DNA of 39,533 bases from an uncultured Muribaculaceae bacterium (GTDB taxonomy: Bacteria; Bacillota_I; Bacilli_A; RF39; UBA660). The notes beneath the pieces were generated by a model. That model was given only the letters and a program-made list of their open reading frames with translations. It made no database searches and was not told the DNA's origin. Positions 24,669 through 34,125 of the stretch are shown in pieces; within the stretch, counting starts at the first letter, position 1; each line of letters begins with the position of its first letter. Location: assembly GCA_964575655.1 (NCBI GenBank), contig CAZNQV010000003.1, positions 1-39,533 of the forward strand, written 5' to 3'. The translations under genes were made by a program, and so were the position numbers.

Positions 24669-25568
24669 ATGGATAAGCATCTAAAAAAAATAAAAGATTA
24701 TGGTGAAGTTAAAGAGAATGTATCTTTTACTACAATAACTACATATAAAATAGGTGGAATAGCAAAAATAGTTTGTTATCCTTTCAATTTAGATAATTTA
24801 ATTAAATTATTGAAGTATTTAAAAAGAAACAAGATTGCGTATAAAATATGGGGTAGAGGGTCAAATATTATACCTAGTGATAAAGAATACCAAGGAGTAA
24901 TAATTAAGCTTGATAATTTAAATAAAATAGATATTCGCCCGAGATATGTTATTGTTGGTTCTGGCGTTAATTTGATGATGTTGTCAAATATGCTTTGTAA
25001 TGCTGGTTTAGCTGGTTTAGAGTTTGCTTGTGGTATTCCTGGGACAATCGGTGGAGCAGTATATATGAATGCTGGTGCTTATAATAAAGCAATGAGTGAC
25101 GTGCTAATATCAATTAAAGTTTTAGATAAGGATTATGATATTGTTGAATTGAGTAACAAAGAATTGGAGTTTTCATATCGTCACTCATTATTACAAGATG
25201 TTAAAGATTATATATGTGTTGAGGCAAAAATTAGAATAGTTAAAACTGATAAGTTTATTTTGAAAAAATTAGTTGATGAACGCAAGGAGCGTCGTGAATC
25301 TTCTCAGCCTTTGAATTATCCATCAGCAGGTAGTGTATTTCGCAATCCACCTGAATTATTTGCAGGTAAACTAATTGAGGATGCTAATTTAAAAGGTAAA
25401 AAAATAGGTGGTGCGATGATCAGTGAAAAGCATGCTAATTTTGTAGTTAATACTGGTAATGCAAAAGCACAAGATGTCAAAGAATTAATTAATTTAATTC
25501 AAAAAGATGTTAAAGAAAAGTTTGATATTGAATTAAAAGCAGAACAAGAATTCTTTAATTGGGAGTAA
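24669..25568 (+). CDS. murB: UDP-N-acetylenolpyruvoylglucosamine reductase
   Basis: FAD-binding ...GRGSNI..., ...GIPGTIGGAVYMNAGAY..., SAGSVFRNP and ...SEKHANF.... RBS TAGGAGA precedes ATG 24669. Confidence 0.92.
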   Translation: MDKHLKKIKDYGEVKENVSFTTITTYKIGGIAKIVCYPFNLDNLIKLLKYLKRNKIAYKIWGRGSNIIPSDKEYQGVIIKLDNLNKIDIRPRYVIVGSGVNLMMLSNMLCNAGLAGLEFACGIPGTIGGAVYMNAGAYNKAMSDVLISIKVLDKDYDIVELSNKELEFSYRHSLLQDVKDYICVEAKIRIVKTDKFILKKLVDERKERRESSQPLNYPSAGSVFRNPPELFAGKLIEDANLKGKKIGGAMISEKHANFVVNTGNAKAQDVKELINLIQKDVKEKFDIELKAEQEFFNWE

Positions 25569-25571
25569 TAT

Positions 25572-26243
25572 ATGGCAAAAAAAAGGTTAAAAGTAAAATT
25601 TGTTCGATTATTGTTGCTAGTAGTATTAGCCTTTTTAGGTCTTTATTTATACTTTGGTGTAATTGGTGATGAAATAAAGGTTATTTATGTTAATAATAAT
25701 CATTATTTAACTGATCAAGAAATCATTGAATTAGCAGAGCTAGATAATTATCCAAGTTTTTTTGGAACTACTAAATATGAAATTACCAAAAAATTAAAGC
25801 AAAACTATTTTATTAAAGACGTTCATATTCATAAAAAGATTGGTCGGATAGTTGAACTTGATATTGAGGAATATAAAATTGTATTTAAAAATGGTAATAA
25901 TGGAAAGTATGTTTTAGAAAATGGAAAAGAATATATTTTTGATAAGAATTATGATGTTCCTATTTTAATTAATTATGTTCCAAATGATATATATAAGGAA
26001 TTAATACTTAATATGAATAAAATTAATAATAGTATTTTGATAAAAATGTCAGAAATAAAATATACACCAAATGATTATGATGATGACTTATTAATCATTT
26101 ATATGAATGATAAAAATATTGTTCAAGTTACAATTGATAAATTAGAAAATATTAATAAATATAATGATATTGTCGCTAAAGTTGATGGTAAAAATGGAAT
26201 ATTGTATTTAGATTCAGGAAATTACTTTAAAATTTTAGATTAA
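25572..26243 (+). CDS. divIB: cell division protein DivIB/FtsQ-like (TM + POTRA)
   Basis: N-terminal TM, then a POTRA-like IKVIYVNNNHYLTDQEIIELAEL. Conserved position after murB. Confidence 0.65.
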   Translation: MAKKRLKVKFVRLLLLVVLAFLGLYLYFGVIGDEIKVIYVNNNHYLTDQEIIELAELDNYPSFFGTTKYEITKKLKQNYFIKDVHIHKKIGRIVELDIEEYKIVFKNGNNGKYVLENGKEYIFDKNYDVPILINYVPNDIYKELILNMNKINNSILIKMSEIKYTPNDYDDDLLIIYMNDKNIVQVTIDKLENINKYNDIVAKVDGKNGILYLDSGNYFKILD

Positions 26244-26293
26244 GAATTGTAATTGATTGAAGAAATTGTTAAAATAGTGTTGGAGGTAATAAA

Positions 26294-26890
26294 ATGAAAT
26301 ATCGTATGATTAAAATATTGGGAATAATAGTGTTATTTATAGTAGCTTTAGTGGCAATTTATTATTTAATTGAAGGTAAAAAAGAAGAGCCAACTGATGC
26401 CCAAAAATTTGCTCAAGAGTATACTGAAGTTGGTAAAGATAATATATTTGTTTACAAAACGGCTAACGAGATTGTAAATATATTAGAAAGTCAAACAGGA
26501 ATTATTTATTTTGGTTTTCCTGAATGTCCGTGGTGTCAAAGATATGTTGTAATGCTAAATGAAGTGGCAAAAGAAAAAGGAATTGAACAAATATACTATT
26601 ACAACATTAGAGATATTAGAACAAATAAAACGCCGGCATATCAAGAGATAGTGACTTTATTGAGTGTGTATTTGCCATTGGATGATGAAGGTAACAAAAA
26701 AGTTATGGTACCTGATATTTCATTCGTAGTTAATGGTAAAATAAAATGGCATGACAATGAAACATCTACTTTTAGTTCCGGTACACCTGATGAATATTGG
26801 ACAGAGGAACGAACTGCTGTTTTTAAAGAAAAATTGGGCAATGCTATTGATGAAATTTTTTATGGTCAATGTACTTCATGTAATGAGTAA
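26294..26890 (+). CDS. membrane-anchored thioredoxin-fold protein (CxxC)
   Basis: N-terminal TM. YFGFPECPWCQRY is a thioredoxin-like CPWC active site. Confidence 0.6.
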   Translation: MKYRMIKILGIIVLFIVALVAIYYLIEGKKEEPTDAQKFAQEYTEVGKDNIFVYKTANEIVNILESQTGIIYFGFPECPWCQRYVVMLNEVAKEKGIEQIYYYNIRDIRTNKTPAYQEIVTLLSVYLPLDDEGNKKVMVPDISFVVNGKIKWHDNETSTFSSGTPDEYWTEERTAVFKEKLGNAIDEIFYGQCTSCNE

Positions 26891-26895
26891 ATAAA

Positions 26896-26920
26896 AAAAT
26901 CTAGAAATTATCTAGATTTT
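26896..26920. terminator. bidirectional terminator hairpin between convergent genes
   Basis: AAAATCTAGA-AATTA-TCTAGATTTT. Confidence 0.5.
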
Positions 26921-27821
26921 ATTTTGGATTATAAATTTGTTTTTCATAATCATGTTCACTATCATTTAATTTGTTTAGTTTAGCTTCATCTATTAAATAA
27001 TAATAATATTTAATTGTATCAGTGCCATTGTTAGTAACTGGATCATCCCATGTTAAGTCTAAATGATACCATTTTTCATTTAATTGCACATAATTCCAAA
27101 CATGGACTGAGTTTGATATTTTAAAATTGTTTATATTTAATTGATGCAAAAATAAAGCCATTGTATCAGAATAACCACCGCACATTCCAATACCATTGAA
27201 TAACACGCCATAGGCGGTATTGGATATTTTTTTGTTTTGTTTATTATCATTATACTTTGTATTATTTATTATATAATCATGAATTGCTTTTATTTGATCT
27301 TTTTGTGACATTTTTGAAGTAATATTCTTATTAATTATTTCTGTTACTTTGTTATTCAGTAATTCTATTTGATCATTTGTATACGTTTTTATAATATCGA
27401 CAGTAATCATTCCATTTGATGTGTAAGTTGTTTTAATAGTATCAAAAGAATTGTAAGGATGAACGAAATCATTAATAATGGATAATTTATCAGTATTATT
27501 TGATAATTTATTTACATCATTTATGCAGTTTTCATATTCTACATCACAATAGAAAGTAAAAGTTGGAGTACCACTATTAACAATTGTATAATAAATATTA
27601 AATAATTCCTCTTCACTAGTTGCAATAAAATTATTAACAATTTCAATATCTTTTACACTACTATTAAGAGCATATTTATTATTATCTATTGTTATATTCT
27701 TTCTAGAACTATCTAAATACTTTAAATAAAAATGATATATGTCTTCGTAATATACAACACTTAAAAATACTAGGATAATGATTATTAAAATCAAACATAA
27801 TTTATATATTAATCTTTTCAT
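26919..27821 (-). CDS. membrane-anchored transglutaminase-like cysteine protease-fold protein
   Basis: ...GMCGGYSDTMALFL...VHVWNYVQL...WYHLDLTWDDP... gives the Cys/His/Asp transglutaminase-core arrangement. RBS AAGGAG. Confidence 0.7.
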   Translation of the reverse strand: MKRLIYKLCLILIIIILVFLSVVYYEDIYHFYLKYLDSSRKNITIDNNKYALNSSVKDIEIVNNFIATSEEELFNIYYTIVNSGTPTFTFYCDVEYENCINDVNKLSNNTDKLSIINDFVHPYNSFDTIKTTYTSNGMITVDIIKTYTNDQIELLNNKVTEIINKNITSKMSQKDQIKAIHDYIINNTKYNDNKQNKKISNTAYGVLFNGIGMCGGYSDTMALFLHQLNINNFKISNSVHVWNYVQLNEKWYHLDLTWDDPVTNNGTDTIKYYYYLIDEAKLNKLNDSEHDYEKQIYNPK

Positions 27822-27852
27822 AAAACTCCTTAATAAAAAAAGTAGTTTAGTA

Positions 27853-28116
27853 CTACTTGATGCTATTTAAAGCTTTTTGTAATTTTGATTTATCACGAGC
27901 AGCTTTATTTTTTTTGATTAAGCCATTTTTAGCAGCTTTATCTATTTTTTTGTTAGCTAATTTTATTTCGTTTAAAGCTTCTTCTTTTTTATTTTCTTTT
28001 ACATTTTTTAAAACCTTTTTTTCAGCAGTTCTCATACTAGAAATTAAAGTATTATTTCTTTCTTTTTTGATGGCATCAGTTTTAACTTTTTTTTTGGCAC
28101 TTTTAATATTTGGCAT
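27853..28116 (-). CDS. rpsT: 30S ribosomal protein S20
   Basis: MPNIKSAKKKVKTDAIKKERN... is the canonical S20 N-terminus. The track start GTG 28125 lies inside the GAGGTG RBS. Confidence 0.9.
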   Translation of the reverse strand: MPNIKSAKKKVKTDAIKKERNNTLISSMRTAEKKVLKNVKENKKEEALNEIKLANKKIDKAAKNGLIKKNKAARDKSKLQKALNSIK

Positions 28117-28219
28117 TTTTTTCACCTCTTCCTTTATAACAAATTAAATTTTAGCAAAAAAAACAAAAAAAAGCAAATAAAATATGAATTTTAATGAAAA
28201 ATAATAGTAGGTGATATAT

Positions 28220-29245
28220 ATGAGAGAAATTAATTTGGAAAATTATCGAGTTAGAACAGATTTAATTACAGATGTCATTAATAATCGTAATATTGATGGC
28301 ATTGAAGAAATTGTTAAAGAAATTGATGGTATTAAAGTAAGTAATGTACGAGTATTAAGTGATGATACTTTATTAGATAAACGCAAAGGAGATTATACAA
28401 CGATCTTCTTTGATGATGTTACTGATAGCACTAATCAAAGACATGTTACTGATATTTTAACTATGGAGCTGAAAGAAATATTAAAAAAAGAGAAAATTAA
28501 AGATAGTGATAGTTGTTTGATTGTGGGTTTAGGTAATATTAGTTCAACACCAGATTCGTTAGGGCCAAAAGTAGCACATGGTGTTATTGTAACAAGACAT
28601 ATTGATTTGCTAGTTGGTTCTTTAGAAAAAGGATATCGTATTACTTCAATGATTGCACCGGGTGTTATGGGTTCTACAGGATATGAATCAACTGATTGTA
28701 TTTTAGGTTTGATTGATAAGATTAAACCTAGTTTTATTATTGCAATTGATGCATTAGCAAGTGATAAAGTAGATCGAGTTAATAAAACAATTCAAATTAC
28801 TAATACTGGGATTAATCCTGGTAGTGGTGTAGGCAATAAAAGAATTGAATTATCAAAAGATACTTTAGGAATACCTGTAATCGCCTTGGGAATACCTACT
28901 GTAGTTGATGCAATTACAATTGTTATAGATACGATTAATTATATGATGCAACATTTTAGTTATAATATTAAGAATATAAATAATAAATCATTAAAATTTG
29001 TACCCTCTTTAATGAGAAATTATTTAAAAACGGATAATGATGAACTAAATAGTAAGCAAAAAACAGAATTACTAGGAATGATTGGTAATTTGAATGATTA
29101 TGAATTAAAAGGATTATTGAAGGAAGTACTTACACCAATTGGATATAATTTAATGGTCACACCAAAGGAAGTAGATTTTGTTATTGATAAATTGAAAGAA
29201 GTATTGATTAATGGTATCAATAATACCTTGCATAATACTAATTAA
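28220..29245 (+). CDS. gpr: germination protease (spore SASP endopeptidase)
   Basis: ...YRVRTDL..., CLIVGLGNISSTPDSLGP, APGVMGSTGYES, IIAIDALAS, IQITNTGINPGSGVGNKR and LGIPVIALGIPTVVDA are colinear with Bacillus Gpr. Confidence 0.92.
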   Translation: MREINLENYRVRTDLITDVINNRNIDGIEEIVKEIDGIKVSNVRVLSDDTLLDKRKGDYTTIFFDDVTDSTNQRHVTDILTMELKEILKKEKIKDSDSCLIVGLGNISSTPDSLGPKVAHGVIVTRHIDLLVGSLEKGYRITSMIAPGVMGSTGYESTDCILGLIDKIKPSFIIAIDALASDKVDRVNKTIQITNTGINPGSGVGNKRIELSKDTLGIPVIALGIPTVVDAITIVIDTINYMMQHFSYNIKNINNKSLKFVPSLMRNYLKTDNDELNSKQKTELLGMIGNLNDYELKGLLKEVLTPIGYNLMVTPKEVDFVIDKLKEVLINGINNTLHNTN

Positions 29246-29294
29246 CGACAAAATATTTTTATATTTTCTAATATAATTTGTTAAAGGTGAAATT

Positions 29295-30203
29295 ATGAAA
29301 AAGAAAATAAAAATATTTTTTTTGTTTTTAATAATGCTTTTTACGATGATGTGGACATTTAATATATTATTAGAAAAAAACTTTACCTTAACGAGTGAAG
29401 AATTTTTGGATGTCTTATTAATTGATCCTTCTATTGGTAATAACACAAATACCAAAAAGGAAATAATGCTTAAAGCTACTGAAGTTTTGTCGGGGATTAA
29501 ACTAGATGATTTTTCAAGTTTTATTTTTCAAAACAAACAATATAATGATACAACAGAATCTGTTATTAATATAAGTGAACCAATAAATATAAAAATTAAT
29601 GAGCCACTAATATATATTTATAATACTCATCAACAAGAACAATATGATGCTGGGAATTTAAAAGACTATAATATCGTACCAACAGTTTTAACGGCTAGTT
29701 ACATAATGGAAGAAGCTTTTAAGAAAAATAAAATTCCAGTAGTAGTTGAGGAAACTGATATTATAAAAGAAATGAAAAAAAGAAAATATAGTTATTCAAA
29801 AACATACTCTATTTCTAGGGAGTTAATCAAGAAAAATAGTAAGGATTATCCTAGTATTAAGTATTTTTTTGACATTCATCGAGATTCAGTTTCTAGAAAA
29901 GTTTCTACAATTGAAATAGATGATAAAATGTACGCTAGACCAATGTTTGTGATTGGCATGAATAATAAAAACTATAAAAAAAATTTAGAACTAATGCAAA
30001 AGTTAGAAACTAAGTTAGATGAAAAATATCCAAATTTGAGTAGAGGAATTTATAAAAGAAATGAAATCTATAATCAAGATTTGAGTCCTAATGCTATCTT
30101 AATTGAAGTAGGGGGGATTAGTAATTCTATTGAGGAAGTTTATAATACTTGTTATGTATTAGTGGAGGTATTTGTAAATTATTTGGAGGAAATTTATGAC
30201 TAA
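29295..30203 (+). CDS. spoIIP: stage II sporulation protein P (engulfment amidase/endopeptidase)
   Basis: N-terminal TM. ...IYIYNTHQQEQY..., ...FDIHRDS... and ...ILIEVGG... match the SpoIIP pattern. Conserved gpr-spoIIP synteny. Confidence 0.85.
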   Translation: MKKKIKIFFLFLIMLFTMMWTFNILLEKNFTLTSEEFLDVLLIDPSIGNNTNTKKEIMLKATEVLSGIKLDDFSSFIFQNKQYNDTTESVINISEPINIKINEPLIYIYNTHQQEQYDAGNLKDYNIVPTVLTASYIMEEAFKKNKIPVVVEETDIIKEMKKRKYSYSKTYSISRELIKKNSKDYPSIKYFFDIHRDSVSRKVSTIEIDDKMYARPMFVIGMNNKNYKKNLELMQKLETKLDEKYPNLSRGIYKRNEIYNQDLSPNAILIEVGGISNSIEEVYNTCYVLVEVFVNYLEEIYD

Positions 30204-30522
30204 AGAAAAGATCTTTAAAAGATTAGGATATGGTATTTTATTAATCTTTTCAATTTTGTTTTTTATTTTAGTTATGGGTTACTATGAAACAGCAGAACAA
30301 AAAAGAGTATTATTGACTGAGCAACAAATAAATGAATTTGAAAAGGCAATTGCCGCAGGAGATGATGTTTTAATTGAAGACTATTTGAAAAATAATTATG
30401 TTGATTATAGTAACAATTTCTCTAAAAAAATGACTAAAATTTCAGATGGAATAGAGGATACTTTTGAAAAATCTATTAAGTATATTTTCAAAGAAATATC
30501 AGATATGGTGGAAAATGAATGA
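30196..30522 (+). CDS. small membrane protein, YqxA-like by size and position
   Basis: 108 aa with one TM. Translationally coupled to spoIIP (RBS GGAGGA). Occupies the position of Bacillus yqxA. Confidence 0.4.
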   Translation: MTKEKIFKRLGYGILLIFSILFFILVMGYYETAEQKRVLLTEQQINEFEKAIAAGDDVLIEDYLKNNYVDYSNNFSKKMTKISDGIEDTFEKSIKYIFKEISDMVENE

Positions 30523-30557
30523 AATTTGTGATATAATATGCCCCAAAAGGTGATGTT

Positions 30558-31331
30558 ATGGAAACTTTGTACTTAAATGAAAAAATGTTAAGAAATCAAA
30601 AAATAACAAATAAAAGGTTTGTCTGTAGTAAAGAGTTTTATCATAATCCTGTCGATAGTAATCAATTGTTAGCGTTATATCCAAATAATAGCGATTGGGA
30701 AAGTATTGATGAACGTTTAGATGTATTTGCAGAAATGAACTTACAAATTCCAGGTGCGGTTACTCCTTTAGCAAAAGTGTATATTAATGGTCTGCTGAAA
30801 GGTTTTTCAGTAAAATTTGTTAAAGGTGCGTTTGATTTTATATTTATTAATGAAGAAGTTGATTACGATAATGAAACAAAACTATTATTTTTAAAAAGGA
30901 TTGATGTAATATTACAAAAATTACATGCAAATGAAATTGTGGTAAAAGATTTAAATCCATCAAATTTATTAATTGATATTAATGCTCAACCACATATTAT
31001 TGATTTATTTGATAGTAAAATTGGTAAATTAAAAGCCAATACTTGTGCAATGGATTTATGTTGGTTTTATGATTATGATTTCAATTATATGACAGATATT
31101 AATGGTGTTGATAATGCTAATATGCATATTAATTTATTATATTTATTGTTATCTCAAAAAGATTTTGATAGATGTTTGCATAAGAAAACTAGAGAATACG
31201 AATCAATTATTGATTCTTTAGAATTGCCATTGGAACCAACTAAGACACTAAAAAGATTAAAAAAAATAACAGAAATTAAAAATGTTCCGCCAGTAACCCA
31301 AACTATTAATCAAATTATTAAAACTATATAG
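30558..31331 (+). CDS. atypical protein-kinase-like fold protein
   Basis: Catalytic-loop-like VVKDLNPSNLLI (compare HRDLKPxN) and IIDLFDS (DFG-like). No obvious glycine-rich loop. Confidence 0.45.
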   Translation: METLYLNEKMLRNQKITNKRFVCSKEFYHNPVDSNQLLALYPNNSDWESIDERLDVFAEMNLQIPGAVTPLAKVYINGLLKGFSVKFVKGAFDFIFINEEVDYDNETKLLFLKRIDVILQKLHANEIVVKDLNPSNLLIDINAQPHIIDLFDSKIGKLKANTCAMDLCWFYDYDFNYMTDINGVDNANMHINLLYLLLSQKDFDRCLHKKTREYESIIDSLELPLEPTKTLKRLKKITEIKNVPPVTQTINQIIKTI

Positions 31332-31373
31332 AAAATATATAGTTTTTTTGATATGATTAAAGTGGTGAAGAAT

Positions 31374-32303
31374 ATGAAAAAAGTTGTATTTATGGGAACT
31401 CCAGAATTTAGTGTAACAATTTTAAAAGCTTTAGTGGAAAATTATGATGTTATTGCAGTGGTTACACAACCTGATCGTGAGGTAGGAAGAAAACAAGAGA
31501 TATCGTTTTCAAAAGTTAAAGAATTTGCATTACAACACAATATTAAAGTTTTACAACCAATTAAGATTAGAAAAGAATATCAAGATATTATTGATTTGGG
31601 ACCAGATATTATTATTACTTGTGCTTATGGACAAATAATTCCAAGTGAAATACTAGAATATCCCAAATATGGTTGTATCAATGTTCATGCATCGTTATTA
31701 CCTAAATTAAGAGGTGGTGCACCAATTCATCATGCTATTATGGATGGTTATCAAATTACTGGAATAACAATTATGTATATGAATGAACAAATGGATGCTG
31801 GTGATATTATTACTCAGCAATCAATTGTAATTACTGATGATGATACTGTTGGTCTATTGCATGATAAATTAAGTGTTATGGGAGCAGATTTGTTGTTAAA
31901 AACTTTGCCTAGTATCTTTGATGGTAGTATTAAAAGAATAGAGCAAGATGAGTCGCTAGTAACATATGGGTATGTAATTAATAGAGCAGATGAATTAGTA
32001 GATTTTAATTTAGATACAAGAGCAGTGTTTAATAAGATTAGAGGTCTTAATCCTTTTCCCGGAGCTTATGCTATTTTAGATAGTAAGAACATTAAATTAT
32101 ATGATTGTGTTATGGGTACCAGTAATTGTGGTAAGAATGGAGAAATTATTAAAATTTATACAGATGGTATCGGGGTGGCTACAAATGATGGAGAAATAAT
32201 AATTAAGTCATTACAAATGCCAGGAAAGAAAAAAATAAGTGTTAAGGATTATCTAAATGGAATTGATAAAGATTCATTAATAGGTAAAGTATTTAACGAA
32301 TAG
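31374..32303 (+). CDS. fmt: methionyl-tRNA formyltransferase
   Basis: KVVFMGTPEFS..., ...VVTQPDR... and ...INVHASLLPKLRGGAPI... (the HxSLLPxxRG signature). Confidence 0.92.
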   Translation: MKKVVFMGTPEFSVTILKALVENYDVIAVVTQPDREVGRKQEISFSKVKEFALQHNIKVLQPIKIRKEYQDIIDLGPDIIITCAYGQIIPSEILEYPKYGCINVHASLLPKLRGGAPIHHAIMDGYQITGITIMYMNEQMDAGDIITQQSIVITDDDTVGLLHDKLSVMGADLLLKTLPSIFDGSIKRIEQDESLVTYGYVINRADELVDFNLDTRAVFNKIRGLNPFPGAYAILDSKNIKLYDCVMGTSNCGKNGEIIKIYTDGIGVATNDGEIIIKSLQMPGKKKISVKDYLNGIDKDSLIGKVFNE

Positions 32304-32357
32304 GATTAGCCTTTCTTTTTTAATAAAAATATTTTATAATTTAAGTGGGAGATATTA

Positions 32358-33374
32358 ATGGAAAGTATTTATAAATATAGTTATACGGATTTAGAAGATA
32401 AATTAGTAACTATCGGTGAGAAAAAGTATCGAGCAAAACAAATATATGATTGGTTATATATAAAAAAAATAACTAACTTTGAAGATATGACAAATTTAAG
32501 CAAAGATAGTATTAATAGTTTAATAAAGTATTTTGTTATTGATAATTTAAAAATAATTGAAAAACAAGTAGATAAAGATGTAGTAAAATACTTATTTGAA
32601 TTGGTTGATGGTGAAAGAATTGAAGCAGTATTAATGTTCCATGATTATGGTAATAGTTTATGTATTTCTAGTCAAATTGGATGTAATATGGGTTGTAAAT
32701 TCTGTAATAGTGGTAAATTAAAAAAGAAGAGAAATTTAGAAGTCAATGAAATGGTATTACAAATCTTACAGGTTGAAGCGGATCTAAACTTAAAAATATC
32801 ACATGTCGTAGTTATGGGAATTGGTGAACCTTTTGATAATTATGAAAATGTTTGTAATATGATAAAAATAATTAACAATCCATTTGGATTGGCAATTGGA
32901 GCTAGACATATCACCATCTCAACTTGTGGTATTGTTCCAAAAATAATAGAGTTTAGTGATTTTCCATATCAAGTTAATTTAGCAATTAGTCTACATGCAC
33001 CAACTGATAAGATAAGAAATAGTTTAATGCCGATAAATAATGTATATAATATTAAAAGTGTAATTGATGCAGTAAAACAATATATTGTTAAAACAAATAG
33101 GCGGGTTACTTTTGAATATTTGTTGTTAGATGGTATTAATGATAACGATTATTGTGCTAGGGAATTATCTCGATTAATGCGAGGATTAAATGCATATGTT
33201 AATTTAATTCCTTACAATATGACAGATGATTTGACATATAATAGAAGTAGTGAGTTAAAAATTAGGGAATTTTATGATATACTTAAACGAGAGGGTATAA
33301 ATGCGACGATAAGAAGAGAGTTTGGTACTAATATTAGTGCTGCTTGTGGTCAACTTCGAGCAGATAGGGAGTGA
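32358..33374 (+). CDS. rlmN: 23S rRNA/tRNA (adenine-C2)-methyltransferase, radical SAM
   Basis: ...YRAKQIYDWLY..., SSQIGCNMGCKFCNSG (CxxxCxxC), ...MGIGEP... and the C-terminal ...AACGQL. Confidence 0.92.
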   Translation: MESIYKYSYTDLEDKLVTIGEKKYRAKQIYDWLYIKKITNFEDMTNLSKDSINSLIKYFVIDNLKIIEKQVDKDVVKYLFELVDGERIEAVLMFHDYGNSLCISSQIGCNMGCKFCNSGKLKKKRNLEVNEMVLQILQVEADLNLKISHVVVMGIGEPFDNYENVCNMIKIINNPFGLAIGARHITISTCGIVPKIIEFSDFPYQVNLAISLHAPTDKIRNSLMPINNVYNIKSVIDAVKQYIVKTNRRVTFEYLLLDGINDNDYCARELSRLMRGLNAYVNLIPYNMTDDLTYNRSSELKIREFYDILKREGINATIRREFGTNISAACGQLRADRE

Positions 33375-33378
33375 TTCA

Positions 33379-34125
33379 ATGAAATCATTTTATCTCACAG
33401 ATACAGGTAAATTAAGGGAACACAACGAGGATAGTGTCATTGTCGTAGAAAACAGAGATGGCGACTATCTTTTAGCCGTTGCAGATGGCATGGGTGGTCA
33501 CTCAGCGGGTGAGGTGGCTTCATCAATTGCTATTAGTTATTTAGGTAAGCGTTTCCATGATGGTTTTATGCATATGCCAAAGACAAAAGCTGTTGAGTGG
33601 ATCAGAGACAGTGTTTCTGAGATAAATAGCTTAATCTTTAAATATACTGAAGATAATCCTGAGAGTAAGGGTATGGGAACTACATTGGTTATTGCCATTG
33701 TTACTAAAGACTATATTTTATTTGGTAATATTGGGGATAGTTCTGGATATGTTGTAAAGGATAAAGAGATGCATAAAGTTACTTATGATCATACATTAGT
33801 TAATTTATTAGTAACGGCAGGAGAACTTACTGAAGAAGAGGCAAAGCATCATCCAAGAAAAAATGTATTAATGAAGGCACTTGGAATTAGTGATCCTATC
33901 GATATTGATGTTTTTGATTGTAACATGGAAATTTCATCAATTATGTTGTGTAGTGATGGTTTAACAACAATGTTACAGGATGAACAGATAGAAAAAGTGT
34001 TATTAAGTGATATTGAAATAGAAGAGAAAGTAATAAAATTAATTAGAAAAGCAAATAATCGTGGTGGTAATGATAATATTTCGATAGCTTATTTAATTAT
34101 AAATGAGGGAAGTGGAAAAGAATGA
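33379..34125 (+). CDS. prpC: PP2C-family Ser/Thr phosphatase
   Basis: ...REHNEDS..., VADGMGGHSAGEVAS, ...GDS..., LCSDGL and ...GGNDNIS. RBS AGGGAG precedes ATG 33379. Confidence 0.9.
   Translation: MKSFYLTDTGKLREHNEDSVIVVENRDGDYLLAVADGMGGHSAGEVASSIAISYLGKRFHDGFMHMPKTKAVEWIRDSVSEINSLIFKYTEDNPESKGMGTTLVIAIVTKDYILFGNIGDSSGYVVKDKEMHKVTYDHTLVNLLVTAGELTEEEAKHHPRKNVLMKALGISDPIDIDVFDCNMEISSIMLCSDGLTTMLQDEQIEKVLLSDIEIEEKVIKLIRKANNRGGNDNISIAYLIINEGSGKE

Noticed and set aside
28126-28219. Forespore (sigma-F/sigma-G) promoter for gpr in the rpsT-gpr divergent region
   Set aside because: I could not find a convincing GnATA-N17/18-CATnnTA match, so it is left uncalled.
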